A stretch of 64,000 nucleotides of DNA, taken from IMG/VR virus record IMGVR_UViG_3300035502_000313, positions 128,001 through 192,000 of that record, one strand, 5' to 3'. This stretch comes from a virus (Duplodnaviria > Caudoviricetes). The notes beneath the pieces were generated by a model. That model ran no database searches. It was not told the origin of the DNA and saw only the letters and a list, made by a program, of their open reading frames with translations. This document shows, one piece after another, positions 21,290-31,924 of the stretch; positions within the stretch are counted from its first letter, which is position 1, and every line of letters begins with the position of its first letter. Both the position numbers and the translations under genes were made by a program.

Positions 21290-21722
21290 AATTTTCCAAT
21301 ATCTTTGCCTACTATATTTTGGCGGTTCTTCATATGTAACAATGGAAGTATTTTGGAGACAATACAGTCATTGGTCTATGTTTATTCTAGGAGCATTATG
21401 CTTTGTTATACTCGGTCTTATCAATGAGGTAATTCCTTGGAGAATATCTATAGAAGTTCAAGCATTAATAGGTTCTGGTATTATAACAGCATTAGAATTT
21501 ATCACTGGATGTATTGTAAACTTATATCTTGGATTGGATATATGGAATTATTCAGATATGCCGTTAAATCTATTAGGACAGATATGTTTACCATATAGTC
21601 TTATATGGATTTTTATAAGCGGTATAGCTATCATACTGGATGATTGTTTTAAGTATATCATATTTGATGAAGAAAAACCTTATTATTATTCTATCATATT
21701 TAGAAAGTATTTTTATTTATAA
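21276..21722 (+). CDS. CmpB/putative ABC type IV-like membrane protein
   Basis: SHWSMF..G, ITALEFITG.IVN....IWNYSDMPLNLLGQICLPYSLIW; four TM segments. Confidence 0.75.
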   Translation: MRKNKIFQYLCLLYFGGSSYVTMEVFWRQYSHWSMFILGALCFVILGLINEVIPWRISIEVQALIGSGIITALEFITGCIVNLYLGLDIWNYSDMPLNLLGQICLPYSLIWIFISGIAIILDDCFKYIIFDEEKPYYYSIIFRKYFYL

Positions 21723-21737
21723 AGGTAGGTGGTATTA

Positions 21738-22424
21738 ATGCAAATACTAACTAATATTAACTTAGAAAAGAATGAACTCTTAAATGCAATAATTCATAGA
21801 GTTACTTCTGACCCTACTGTAAATTCAAAGAATCAGGGTATGCTAATATATAATACTACTGATAAAAAATTAAAATATTATAATGGTACAGAATGGATTG
21901 TTATAGGAGCTAGTAGTGGTGGTGGTTCTATTAGTATAGATACAACTATCACTGATACATCTACTAACGATAATGCGGCTGGCTCAAAAGCTGTTGTAGA
22001 TTATGTAAAGAGTTCTATCAGTACATATTCTGCTGTAATAAATCAAATTAATAGTGTTAGTAATAATAGCGTATTGAAAGTCAATTCATCCGGTGCTGTA
22101 AGTGGAATCAGTGTAGATACTACAGTTACTAAAAATTCTACAAAACTAATTACATCTGGTGCTGTATATAATGCTATTAATGATGTAATTGCATTAAATA
22201 GAGTAATAGAGACTAATCCAAAGTTGACTAGTAGTTCAGGAAAAGCAACTTGGACTATATCTCTAGATCATAATAATAAAGCATTAGTACAGATATATGA
22301 AGTCAGTACAAATGAAGTAATTTTTGCAAGTATAAAAGATACTGCATCGTCAATAGAAATTACTTTTAATGGTGTTGATGGAAATATATCCGCTGGTACA
22401 TATAGTGCTGTTATTATTTATTAA
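21738..22424 (+). CDS. tail fibre-associated protein
   Basis: GMLIYNTTDKKLKYYNGTEW, SKAVVDYV, ITSGAVYNAI fibre motifs. Confidence 0.6.
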   Translation: MQILTNINLEKNELLNAIIHRVTSDPTVNSKNQGMLIYNTTDKKLKYYNGTEWIVIGASSGGGSISIDTTITDTSTNDNAAGSKAVVDYVKSSISTYSAVINQINSVSNNSVLKVNSSGAVSGISVDTTVTKNSTKLITSGAVYNAINDVIALNRVIETNPKLTSSSGKATWTISLDHNNKALVQIYEVSTNEVIFASIKDTASSIEITFNGVDGNISAGTYSAVIIY

Positions 22425-22438
22425 AAGGAGGTATTAAT

Positions 22439-23440
22439 ATGAAACAGAATGATTTCGATTTTGAATCTGTATTTATTGATAATGATAAACCTGAGATGGT
22501 TTTTGATACAACTAAAAGACCTGTACCACCACCATCTAAACCGGCAAAGTCTCCTCGTCAATACGATAGAAGACAAACAGTCATAAATAAGCCTTATTCT
22601 GACAAACCTATCCCTGGTCCATATGTTCCAGACTATGATTTGTCTATAGATACAAGTGCTCCTAATCCAGTTCCAAATACTTACTTAGCACCAGGTCATC
22701 GTCATTGCTGTCCTGATAGAAATATCATTCCTATGAAAGAAGAAGATGATGAATGTGGTTGCTATGTAACTAGACATGAACTTAATAAAGTTCTTGCTAA
22801 TATTGCTAGAGCAGATATCTTTAAAGATTTATCTGAGAATGGTACTACAACTTCTGTAGGTGGTATTAAGAAGGGTACTAAGTTTGATAAGCTTACATTC
22901 TCTAAACTTGTTAAACTAATGCTATATCCAGAAGTTAATACAGAAGATGATGTATATGCTTGCAAATCTCCAGATGGTAAGAGAACTATTCTAAACTCTA
23001 CTGTTAAATATCCTATTGGTGATTTAAAAGAGGGAGATTCTTTAGAAGGCATGACAGTTTCTCAGATTATTGAAGCCATGATTTGCGGAACAAATAAATG
23101 GGGAACTTATTTATGGAAAACTGATCTGATTACTGTAGCTGCTGGTACTACTACTATCGATGCCGAAGAAATTATTCCTAAGCTCGTTGAAGATTATGAT
23201 GTAAAACATAAGTATGAAATGTTAGTAGTATGTAAAGCTGAAGATAAAGAAAACGAAGAGACATATAAATATGATGAGATTATTGCTAAGCGTCATGATT
23301 CACATCAGAAAACTAATGTATCTATCGAAGGTGTTCCTTCTGACATTAAATGGAGTTATAATCCAGAAAGTAAGAAGATTACATTACATACAGATACAGA
23401 AACAACTGTAGATATTGCTATCGTACTTGTAAGAAGATAA
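22439..23440 (+). CDS. putative virion protein
   Basis: Two VGGI..G..F..LT...L...ML-type repeats; Pro-rich N-terminus. Confidence 0.5.
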   Translation: MKQNDFDFESVFIDNDKPEMVFDTTKRPVPPPSKPAKSPRQYDRRQTVINKPYSDKPIPGPYVPDYDLSIDTSAPNPVPNTYLAPGHRHCCPDRNIIPMKEEDDECGCYVTRHELNKVLANIARADIFKDLSENGTTTSVGGIKKGTKFDKLTFSKLVKLMLYPEVNTEDDVYACKSPDGKRTILNSTVKYPIGDLKEGDSLEGMTVSQIIEAMICGTNKWGTYLWKTDLITVAAGTTTIDAEEIIPKLVEDYDVKHKYEMLVVCKAEDKENEETYKYDEIIAKRHDSHQKTNVSIEGVPSDIKWSYNPESKKITLHTDTETTVDIAIVLVRR

Positions 23441-23539
23441 TCTAAAGGGAGAAGTTATATAACTTCTCCCGATATTTTATACTTTTCATCCTATAAAATT
23501 ACATCTTGAACTATTTAGTAAATTATAAATGTTAAGGAG

Positions 23540-24271
23540 ATGATTGATGTGGATACACCTAGCTTTATTAAAGTAAAAGGTGATTCTTATGTATTTGCTA
23601 ATGAAGGAACATTCAAATTCTATGTTCCTGAAAAGTATTTTTCTAATAAGCTCGCACAATTCGTAGGAGAATATATCTCACTATTTGGAATGTTATCTTA
23701 TGCAATTTTTGATAAGAATGACAAAGCTATTGGAAAACTAAGAACATTTAAGTTTCCAATCTCATTTCTGACTAAACCAGATGAGATTGAAGTTGTAAAA
23801 GGAATTACTTTAACGAGTAATAACAACCCTAGTGATTATAGAATTCTTAAATATCATAAAGATGGAGTAATCGTAGTAAATTATAATATTGCCGAAGACG
23901 CTGAGAATATTCAGCGTTGGTATTCTGCACTTGATACTGGTGCTTTACCTAATAATTTACCATATGATGAACTTCAAGATTACTTTCTAAGAAATATTCA
24001 ATTGACTGGTAATAAATACTCTGTTTCATTACAATTGATAGGAGTAGTTATTGGTGAATTATGTCGTTCTAGAAAGGATATTGATACTGCGTTCCGTCTA
24101 ACTGACTCAAATGATATGAATAATTATCAGTGGATATCCATTAGAGATATCCCTAAAGGAGTATCTCCATTTACTGCATTACAGTCCGAAGAATGGGACA
24201 AAGCTGTCATTTCTTCTATTATTGCAGACACTAATCGTGATTCTCCTCTTGAGAAAATTATGATGGATTAA
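23540..24271 (+). CDS. RNA polymerase beta' extreme C-terminal subunit (virion RNAP, phiKZ gp96-like)
   Basis: C-terminal half aligns by eye with the end of the 47199-49424 beta' protein (IGVVIGELCRSRKDI/LEIIIMNQIRSGDDI; NYQWISI/NYQILTL; ALQSEE/SLQSED; SPLEKIMM/SAYDLLYM). Confidence 0.65.
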   Translation: MIDVDTPSFIKVKGDSYVFANEGTFKFYVPEKYFSNKLAQFVGEYISLFGMLSYAIFDKNDKAIGKLRTFKFPISFLTKPDEIEVVKGITLTSNNNPSDYRILKYHKDGVIVVNYNIAEDAENIQRWYSALDTGALPNNLPYDELQDYFLRNIQLTGNKYSVSLQLIGVVIGELCRSRKDIDTAFRLTDSNDMNNYQWISIRDIPKGVSPFTALQSEEWDKAVISSIIADTNRDSPLEKIMMD

Positions 24272-24393
24272 TGCAGATAACTTTTTAACATATTGATAAA
24301 AGGTCATGTAACAACCAGTTTATATGCCTTATATAAAAACACACATAAGATTAAACACACATTTTTAAAAATTTAAAAAGGAGGATAAAACAC

Positions 24394-27300
24394 ATGAGTA
24401 GATATCCTGGCACACAGTTTAAAGTGTACGATAATTCTCAGGCTACAGCTATTGTTCCTGTAACCAATGTGAATGCAGATGACACTGTCAAGTATCTTAC
24501 TTCCTTTGCATCAGTAAAGGGTCCTGAGAGAATTACTCTTACTTCTGGTGACGATTTCTATACCAGATATGGCACTCAGGATAATATAGACTTTAAAAAA
24601 TATGGTCAGCCGTTATTTCAGGCTTCCATGAATATTAATAATGGTGCTGCCCTTCTTGCAAAGAGAGCTGTATTAGATGACGCAACTCTTGGTAATGCTA
24701 CATTAGGTGTGGTTCTTACAAAATATAAAAATGCTAAAATCGAAAACTATAAAGATAGTAACGATGTTACTCATTCTGATAAGATTGGTAGCATTTCTTT
24801 TTCTGAAAAAGTTTATTCTAAGTATTCTTTAGCTCCTATAGTTTTTAGTATAGATAATGTAAATGATTATTCAAATGCTATTCAAATTGTAGATGAATAC
24901 AAGGAAAGATATGATGCATATAAAGATTACATTACTGATGTAATTTCTAATGAAAATACACCTGATAAAACATTCCTTAATAAATTATTTAATAAGGGTG
25001 AGGATTCTGATAAGATCCTTAGTGGTTTTACTCAGTCTATATACTATGATTCAGAAGATAAAGTAGTTGATGTATTCAACGATGGTAAAACTTCTGTTCG
25101 TAAGGTAAGTAGTATTACAACTGGTATTTATAATTCTAATCAAAAAACATATTCATCTAATTTTACTATTGATGATATTACAGGTGATAATGCATCCAAA
25201 GAAACTTCTATTGATGCAACAAATACAATTAATAGTGTAAAAGATGCATTTAAAGATACATCTTTATGGAAAGCTAGTAAAGATGATGATAGTGGGAAAA
25301 TAACTTGGGAAAAGATTAGTACTGAAGTAACATTTGCAAATGTTTTTGATAAAGAAATTTCTATTGATAGAATTTTCAATTATGATGTATCTAGTAAATC
25401 TGATAGTGAAATTTCAGCAAAATTAATTGATGATGTTAGTGCTAAACATCCTGAATGGTCAGAAGATGATTATAGCTTAGGTGATGAATATGCCCTAATA
25501 ATTCCTGGTGTTAAAGTTTCTGGTTATAGCACTACTGCAAGACTTCTAAATGATATTATGGTTGAACATAGTGGTTATATTGAATGTGAATATGTATTCC
25601 CTCTGTTTACTATATTCGATAATGGTCGTGGCGAATCTGTCAAGTCTATTGGTATTGAATATGATTCTGCTACTTCTGTAACTCTTAAGAAGGCAGTTTA
25701 TTCATTATCTATCTATAACTATGCTACGGCTAAGAGACTAGAGAAGTTCTCTTTCTCGTTAAATCCTTATGCTCGTAATAATAGTACAGGTTATTCATTT
25801 GATATTGAATCTGCAGTAAACTATGTTTCTGAACAAGTTAACGTTAAGACATATTATGAATCTTATGATGCACTTCTTGAAACACTTCAGGAAATCTTAC
25901 AGTCTACGGATGATACATTAATTGAAAACAATGATATTTTGTTTGGTCATAATCTAAACGGTAAATATCCTGCATATAATTCATACTATACATCATCTAT
26001 GCTTAAGAGAAGTACATATGTTTATGACTATGCACATCTAGATATTTTTGATGATGATACTCTTACTGTAAATGCTTACTGTGATAGTGATAATATGACA
26101 AGTACTATATCTAATTTAAAGGTTAAGTACTATTTCTATAACTATATCAGACAGCAGAAGAGTCTTTTAGAAAGACTTGAAATGGGTTCGAATGGTTACT
26201 ATCTTGGAAGATCTACTGATAGATCAGAACAGGCTACTGATGTTGTACCATTTATTGTTATTGACGATACAGATACAACACTAGGTGATGATTCTTCGAC
26301 TATTTCTATGTCTACCATAATGAGTTTGACTGGTCAGACCAATGGTGCTGTTATTTCAGATGTAACTGAAGATGTAGAATCTTCTGATATAACTTATAAA
26401 CCTATAATTCAGAGCAACTTCATTGAATTTAAAGTTAAGTTAGCTAAAGCTTTAATATACAAAGATGGAAAACTTGATAGTTCTGGCGGTGATAATGGTA
26501 TAGTATATATTACATCAAATGATAAGACATTATCCAGAAGTGATGTAATATCTGCTGAAAGTGATGATACTGGAAAAATAACTGGCACAGTTCCAGCTGC
26601 ATTTTCAGGTTATGTATTAGCATATAATTCTAAGAAGAAGTCTTATGATTATACTGCTATTACAATCTGGATACCACTATCTACTGATTTCTTATATCAA
26701 GAACAGTATAGAAGATTCTTTGCCGGTGAATTCGATAGAGATATCTTTAACCTTGATATTTACTTCCCTAATGCATTATTTGATGCAAACTACTCTGATT
26801 CAACTAAACTTGCAATCCAGAGACTTGCTGCATATAGAGGCGACTTTATGTGCTATATGGATATGGGTGTTAATAAGATATCTAGCTATGCAGATTGCTA
26901 CGAAAGAATCCCATCTACAACAGGTGGTCTTGAACTTACTGAAGATGATAATGAATATAAATATATCAGAGATATGCATATTGCTGTAACATGCTTGTCA
27001 TACAAGATTAGAAATCCTTATGATAACAAAGTAATTTCTGTAACAGCAACTTACGGATTATCAAATCTATATATTTCTCACTTCTTAGATGATGTAGGTA
27101 AGGTATTTGCTGGTATTTCTAATAATATTACTATCAATAATATTCTTGAGGGATCGGTAAGTTACATTCCTAAGATTTATCCTACAAGTGAAATGACATC
27201 ATTAAATAACATTGGTGGTGTATATCCTTCTGATGATGAAACTATTATCAATGAAAAGCAGCTTATGTGTGATCTAAGAGTTAACTACGGTTGCTATTAT

Positions 27301-27672
27301 GATGATAGATTCTCTATCGAAACAGAATATACTATGAATGCTGCTGAAAGTGAATTCTCTTATTGGAACAATGTGGCACTTGTTTGTCTCATGATGCAGT
27401 CCATTAGAAAGGCTTGCCCATCTGCAAGATATCAGTTCATTACTTCTGATGATCTTACTGTATATCAGAATGCAGTTGAAACAGCAATGAAGCCTTGGAA
27501 GAATAAGTTCGCTAGCATCTCGTTCAAGTATGTTCAGGACGATACTGCTATTGAAAACAAGATTTTCTATGCTGCTATTGAAGTTGTATTTAAGCCATTT
27601 GCTCAGGCAGAAATCTTCGAGCTTACAGCACTTAACTACTCAACTCTATCTAGCAGTGTAACAAGTATTTAA
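24394..27672 (+). CDS. tail sheath protein
   Basis: MSRYPG start, KGPE...DFYTRYG, C-terminal FYAAIEVVFKPFAQAEIF; upstream of tube gene. Confidence 0.8.
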   Translation: MSRYPGTQFKVYDNSQATAIVPVTNVNADDTVKYLTSFASVKGPERITLTSGDDFYTRYGTQDNIDFKKYGQPLFQASMNINNGAALLAKRAVLDDATLGNATLGVVLTKYKNAKIENYKDSNDVTHSDKIGSISFSEKVYSKYSLAPIVFSIDNVNDYSNAIQIVDEYKERYDAYKDYITDVISNENTPDKTFLNKLFNKGEDSDKILSGFTQSIYYDSEDKVVDVFNDGKTSVRKVSSITTGIYNSNQKTYSSNFTIDDITGDNASKETSIDATNTINSVKDAFKDTSLWKASKDDDSGKITWEKISTEVTFANVFDKEISIDRIFNYDVSSKSDSEISAKLIDDVSAKHPEWSEDDYSLGDEYALIIPGVKVSGYSTTARLLNDIMVEHSGYIECEYVFPLFTIFDNGRGESVKSIGIEYDSATSVTLKKAVYSLSIYNYATAKRLEKFSFSLNPYARNNSTGYSFDIESAVNYVSEQVNVKTYYESYDALLETLQEILQSTDDTLIENNDILFGHNLNGKYPAYNSYYTSSMLKRSTYVYDYAHLDIFDDDTLTVNAYCDSDNMTSTISNLKVKYYFYNYIRQQKSLLERLEMGSNGYYLGRSTDRSEQATDVVPFIVIDDTDTTLGDDSSTISMSTIMSLTGQTNGAVISDVTEDVESSDITYKPIIQSNFIEFKVKLAKALIYKDGKLDSSGGDNGIVYITSNDKTLSRSDVISAESDDTGKITGTVPAAFSGYVLAYNSKKKSYDYTAITIWIPLSTDFLYQEQYRRFFAGEFDRDIFNLDIYFPNALFDANYSDSTKLAIQRLAAYRGDFMCYMDMGVNKISSYADCYERIPSTTGGLELTEDDNEYKYIRDMHIAVTCLSYKIRNPYDNKVISVTATYGLSNLYISHFLDDVGKVFAGISNNITINNILEGSVSYIPKIYPTSEMTSLNNIGGVYPSDDETIINEKQLMCDLRVNYGCYYDDRFSIETEYTMNAAESEFSYWNNVALVCLMMQSIRKACPSARYQFITSDDLTVYQNAVETAMKPWKNKFASISFKYVQDDTAIENKIFYAAIEVVFKPFAQAEIFELTALNYSTLSSSVTSI

Positions 27673-27689
27673 GAAAGGAGGAATGACTC

Positions 27690-28847
27690 ATGGCAAACTA
27701 TTCTACACCTACGACAGTAGCAACCTCTGGTGCATTTAAGGGATTAAAAACACCTAGAGATTTGCTCAATTATAATCTTATGAGAGGTGTTACTGACTTT
27801 AGTAATCTCGAACAATGGGATTTATATGAAAAGGGTTATCCATTTCTTTGTGTAATTTCTATTCCTGATTTCTTAAGAGACTTAGCTTCTAAAGATACTA
27901 AGATTAAAAATATCGTAAATAACTACGTTCATATTCTAGAAAATGATTTCCGTGGTATTGATAACATTGAAAATATCACAGGTGATTCAGGTGGTGAAAT
28001 CACAAATGGTATTAGAAGTATCCAGCTTATCAATAAGGTAACTAAGGCTTCTAACTCTAACTTCACTATAAACTACTATGAACGTTCTGGTTCTATCCTT
28101 ACTAAGGCTCATGAACTTTATCTTACAGGTATTAAGGATCCAGATACTCAGGTTAAGCATTATCATGGTCTTATCGATGACTGGATTTATTATGGTCTTG
28201 ATACTGATTCTGGTAAGGATCCTGGTCCACATCGTGAATGCTTTACTTTCTTATACTTTGTAACTGATAATACAATGACTAAGATTGAACGTGCATTCTT
28301 GATTGCAGCTGCTCAGCCTACAACTGCTAACTTCTCTGATCTTTATTCTGGATCAAAGGGTGATATTCAGTTCGTTGAACTTGCATTATCATTTAATGGA
28401 TTCTTCATTAATAATGACTATGTATATCAGAAGGCTGAAGACATGCTTCTAGCTATGCGTAATCCTACTAACTACACAGATACTAGAATTATTGTTGATA
28501 GCAACAACTTCAGATATGATGCTATCTCTAATGCAGGTATTCATTCTAGCGATAGTGACAATTTTGCTACACCTACTTACTTCTCTGAAGATAGTGGTAA
28601 CGCTGCTACTAGTCAGGCTCTTATGTCTGATACTATTACATCAACACCATATGTTGATTATGCACCTGGTAGCAGTAGTAATAAGGGCAGTGCAAGTGGT
28701 GATGTTAGTGAATACAAGAATGTAGTTGCATCCATGGCTGGATCAGAGCATATAGTTAATAAAGTTTCAAAAATAGATGCTGTTGAAACAGGTTTAAAAG
28801 AAACAGCTAAAAGTGCACTAAAAACACTTGGTACAATACTTGGATAA
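27690..28847 (+). CDS. tail tube protein
   Basis: Follows sheath; FTINYYERSG...YLTGIKDP...AQPT...ELALSFNG tube-like pattern. Confidence 0.7.
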   Translation: MANYSTPTTVATSGAFKGLKTPRDLLNYNLMRGVTDFSNLEQWDLYEKGYPFLCVISIPDFLRDLASKDTKIKNIVNNYVHILENDFRGIDNIENITGDSGGEITNGIRSIQLINKVTKASNSNFTINYYERSGSILTKAHELYLTGIKDPDTQVKHYHGLIDDWIYYGLDTDSGKDPGPHRECFTFLYFVTDNTMTKIERAFLIAAAQPTTANFSDLYSGSKGDIQFVELALSFNGFFINNDYVYQKAEDMLLAMRNPTNYTDTRIIVDSNNFRYDAISNAGIHSSDSDNFATPTYFSEDSGNAATSQALMSDTITSTPYVDYAPGSSSNKGSASGDVSEYKNVVASMAGSEHIVNKVSKIDAVETGLKETAKSALKTLGTILG

Positions 28848-28864
28848 TTTTATTTATAAAAATA

Positions 28865-28904
28865 AAAATAACCCCGATGGATTTTCTCCATCGGGGATTT
28901 ATTA
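28865..28904. terminator. bidirectional terminator
   Basis: CCCCGATGGA-TTTTC-TCCATCGGGG between convergent tube and portal genes. Confidence 0.8.
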
Positions 28905-31208
28905 TTCTTCTTCATTTTCATTTTGAGATGCAGCAACATGTTGCTTAGCTTTATGAGCAATATCTTCAAGTTCAGTAATATTAAGATATGAACCAAGATT
29001 ATATTTATTAATTTCACGGATTACTTCATTCTTAATCTTTTCATCTTCATCTGGATCAAGAATTAATTGTGCAACACTCTGAGAGTATTCATTAACGTTA
29101 GTCATCATCTGGTTAGTATTTGTAATATTCAAGAACATTGGAGGAGGTAATACTACAGACAATGTTATATTATCATCAAACTCATTATTATATATTTTAT
29201 TTACTATACGAGTAAGATTAGCTTGATATCTACTTTGACGATTATATACTTTTCTTAAGAACTTACTTGATGACATTGTTAACTGTGATGAATAATCTAC
29301 TGAATTACGCATCTGAATCATTTCCATAGGAACATCAGTACTATTTACCGCCATTTCTTCAAGAGTAGTCATAAACTCAGTTTGATATTCTACTTGCTGA
29401 CCTTGCATAACCTCAAAGTCTATAGGAGAACCACCAGGACCTCTAGGAATAATATAATCATTAAACATACCAGTTATATTAAGAATATGATTAATATTCT
29501 CAATCTGTCTAATACCAAAGTTACTTTTCTTAATCTGGTTTATTGTATTAAGAAGAGTCTTTGATATATTTGTATCGACTGTTTGATTTACATAATATAC
29601 ACGTTTATCCTGTGCTCTTGTCATATTCCAAATAGCGTGAGTTATATACATTGCAGAATATATTGTTGCTGGGAACATTGCTTTGTTTAAATCAGAGATA
29701 CCTCTATGAGTATCTTTATTCATATTAAAGTATACATGTTCCATATCATCTGGTGGAATATATGTAACTCTAATCTTATTCATACGAGAACTATTGTTAT
29801 CATAATTATATTTAAGAACTGTATAAATTTCATTTCTTAAATCCTGATTAGAATTTATAAACTTAGCATCAATAAAATTAGAAATTTGATTAGCTATATA
29901 TCTAACAATATTGTTTTGTTTCTGTGACTGATCCATCATACTATTTGTAGAAAGAATAGAGTTAGAGCCTTTAAGAGACATTGTAGGGTCTTGCATCTTA
30001 TCATAATCTCCTACAGGATTATAAGGACCATCAACTTCGATATAGTAATATCCAAAACAATATTCCTCAATATAAATAGGAATAACATGCTTACGTTCAA
30101 GAATTCTTACAATTGTACCTGGGACATTAATATACTTATCATCTTTTGATTTCTTTTTTATTGATTCTTTATCAATAAGACCATCTTGTCCTCTATCGTC
30201 AAATGATTTAAACTCTAGATCATCTTTAATAGTCTTATCAAATCTTCCTTTTACTATATCACGTATATTCTCAGCTGATTCAATAATCGTTTCTTCTGAG
30301 AAATTTGCACCTTCATAATTCAATGACATCTCGTTTAATGAATGCTTGGCTTTTTCAAACTTTAATGTTGTTTCAGCAATAGAGTTTATAACTCCAGTAG
30401 AACATTCAATTTCGATATTATCAAGACCACATTCTGTAAACATTTCTGGTTTAATATTATCTGGGAGTTTATCCATAGTAATTTTACCATCTTCTGTAAT
30501 AATAGAACCTTCTTTAATATTAATATCAGCACGAATATTGTTCTTCTGTTTCAATAATCTTGCTACAGCTTTCTTATAAGGAACTATATATACAAATGCT
30601 TCACCGTACTTAGATGCTGAGTCATAAACTTGCTCAGCTAGTTCTTGAATCTTATATTGTTCTTTGATAAACTTAATATGCTCATTATAAGTTTCTGAAT
30701 CATTATTAATATTTGAAGATGTGATATTAATAAAGTCTTTAGAAAAGTGATCTGCAGATAATACATTATCCTTTCTTGTATCTAGTGCCTCTTGTAATCT
30801 AGGCATATATTTAAGAATAGTATCAATCTTATTATCATAATCAAATACTGTTGTGGTATTGTTAATAAATCCCATTAAACCAGATTCAACTACTTGACTA
30901 TCATTGATGAGTTCTTCTAACTGTTTACCAGCTTCTTTATTTTCTCCACTTACAGAACTTCCTTGCTGTTGCATTCTGGAATAAAGAGTACTCATAGTAC
31001 CCTTACCAGTATTATTCATATTAACAGTCACTATATTATCTATAGATGTATCTAACTTAGATTTGATATTCTCTAAGTCTTGTTTATTAGATGGCTGAGA
31101 ATAATATGTTTTACTATAAAGATTATCCAAATTATCTTGAACAGAATTAGATAACTTAGTAATGATACTGTTAGTACGCTTTTTAGTACTATCATCTTTT
31201 TTAGCCAT
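28902..31208 (-). CDS. portal protein (T4 gp20-like)
   Basis: SKYGEAFVYI, TRAQDKRVYYV (cf. RAPERRIFYI), DYIIPRGPGG (cf. DYWLPRREGG). Confidence 0.8.
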   Translation of the reverse strand: MAKKDDSTKKRTNSIITKLSNSVQDNLDNLYSKTYYSQPSNKQDLENIKSKLDTSIDNIVTVNMNNTGKGTMSTLYSRMQQQGSSVSGENKEAGKQLEELINDSQVVESGLMGFINNTTTVFDYDNKIDTILKYMPRLQEALDTRKDNVLSADHFSKDFINITSSNINNDSETYNEHIKFIKEQYKIQELAEQVYDSASKYGEAFVYIVPYKKAVARLLKQKNNIRADINIKEGSIITEDGKITMDKLPDNIKPEMFTECGLDNIEIECSTGVINSIAETTLKFEKAKHSLNEMSLNYEGANFSEETIIESAENIRDIVKGRFDKTIKDDLEFKSFDDRGQDGLIDKESIKKKSKDDKYINVPGTIVRILERKHVIPIYIEEYCFGYYYIEVDGPYNPVGDYDKMQDPTMSLKGSNSILSTNSMMDQSQKQNNIVRYIANQISNFIDAKFINSNQDLRNEIYTVLKYNYDNNSSRMNKIRVTYIPPDDMEHVYFNMNKDTHRGISDLNKAMFPATIYSAMYITHAIWNMTRAQDKRVYYVNQTVDTNISKTLLNTINQIKKSNFGIRQIENINHILNITGMFNDYIIPRGPGGSPIDFEVMQGQQVEYQTEFMTTLEEMAVNSTDVPMEMIQMRNSVDYSSQLTMSSSKFLRKVYNRQSRYQANLTRIVNKIYNNEFDDNITLSVVLPPPMFLNITNTNQMMTNVNEYSQSVAQLILDPDEDEKIKNEVIREINKYNLGSYLNITELEDIAHKAKQHVAASQNENEEE

Positions 31209-31321
31209 TTAAATATACCTCCTTCGATATTGATATTAATAGATTGTTGGATTGGTCGATAATGACGGGATTGTAAAAGCAATAAGAGAACCATGCTCTT
31301 TTACAAGCATGGTTCTTTTTG

Positions 31322-31924
31322 TTATATATTCAGAAATCTCATAAATGTGCTTACATCATGTGCTTTTTTATGTGTTATAAATTTTACAGTAAAATAATCA
31401 CTACCAGTTCTATAATATAACTCTGCATCTAATTCTGTGCTTTTAGTACCAGGCAACATAGTGGGAGCTATATACATTGGTCTATTATCAATAAAGAACT
31501 TTCCTGCTCCATCTGCTGATTTTTTTATTAATACATTATTATAGAAAGTCTCATCTGTATTTAAAGAGTTTACATAAGATACATTATCAGATGTATAAAT
31601 ATCATTTGATATAGCTTTAAGAATACTCATAGCTTTATTATATTGCTGAATTGCATTATAAACTCCTATATTATCAAATGTATCTAATACACCAATATCT
31701 AATTCATATCCAATAGTCTTTTCTTTAATTACATCAACAGAATACATCTTATTGAAATATCTATCACTAATATCTTTACACTTAATCATTTTAATTCCAC
31801 TTGAATTAGGTGAGAATACTATATCTCCAAATACTGGATCTCTAGCTATATATACATAACTATCAGAAGCATTTAATTTAAATTCAGATATATATCCTCC
31901 AAGAATAGCACTTATATTAGTCAT
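31322..31924 (-). CDS. hypothetical protein coupled to DNA polymerase gene
   Basis: True start MTNISAIL with GGAGGAG RBS overlapping the polymerase stop; 200 aa. Confidence 0.7.
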   Translation of the reverse strand: MTNISAILGGYISEFKLNASDSYVYIARDPVFGDIVFSPNSSGIKMIKCKDISDRYFNKMYSVDVIKEKTIGYELDIGVLDTFDNIGVYNAIQQYNKAMSILKAISNDIYTSDNVSYVNSLNTDETFYNNVLIKKSADGAGKFFIDNRPMYIAPTMLPGTKSTELDAELYYRTGSDYFTVKFITHKKAHDVSTFMRFLNI

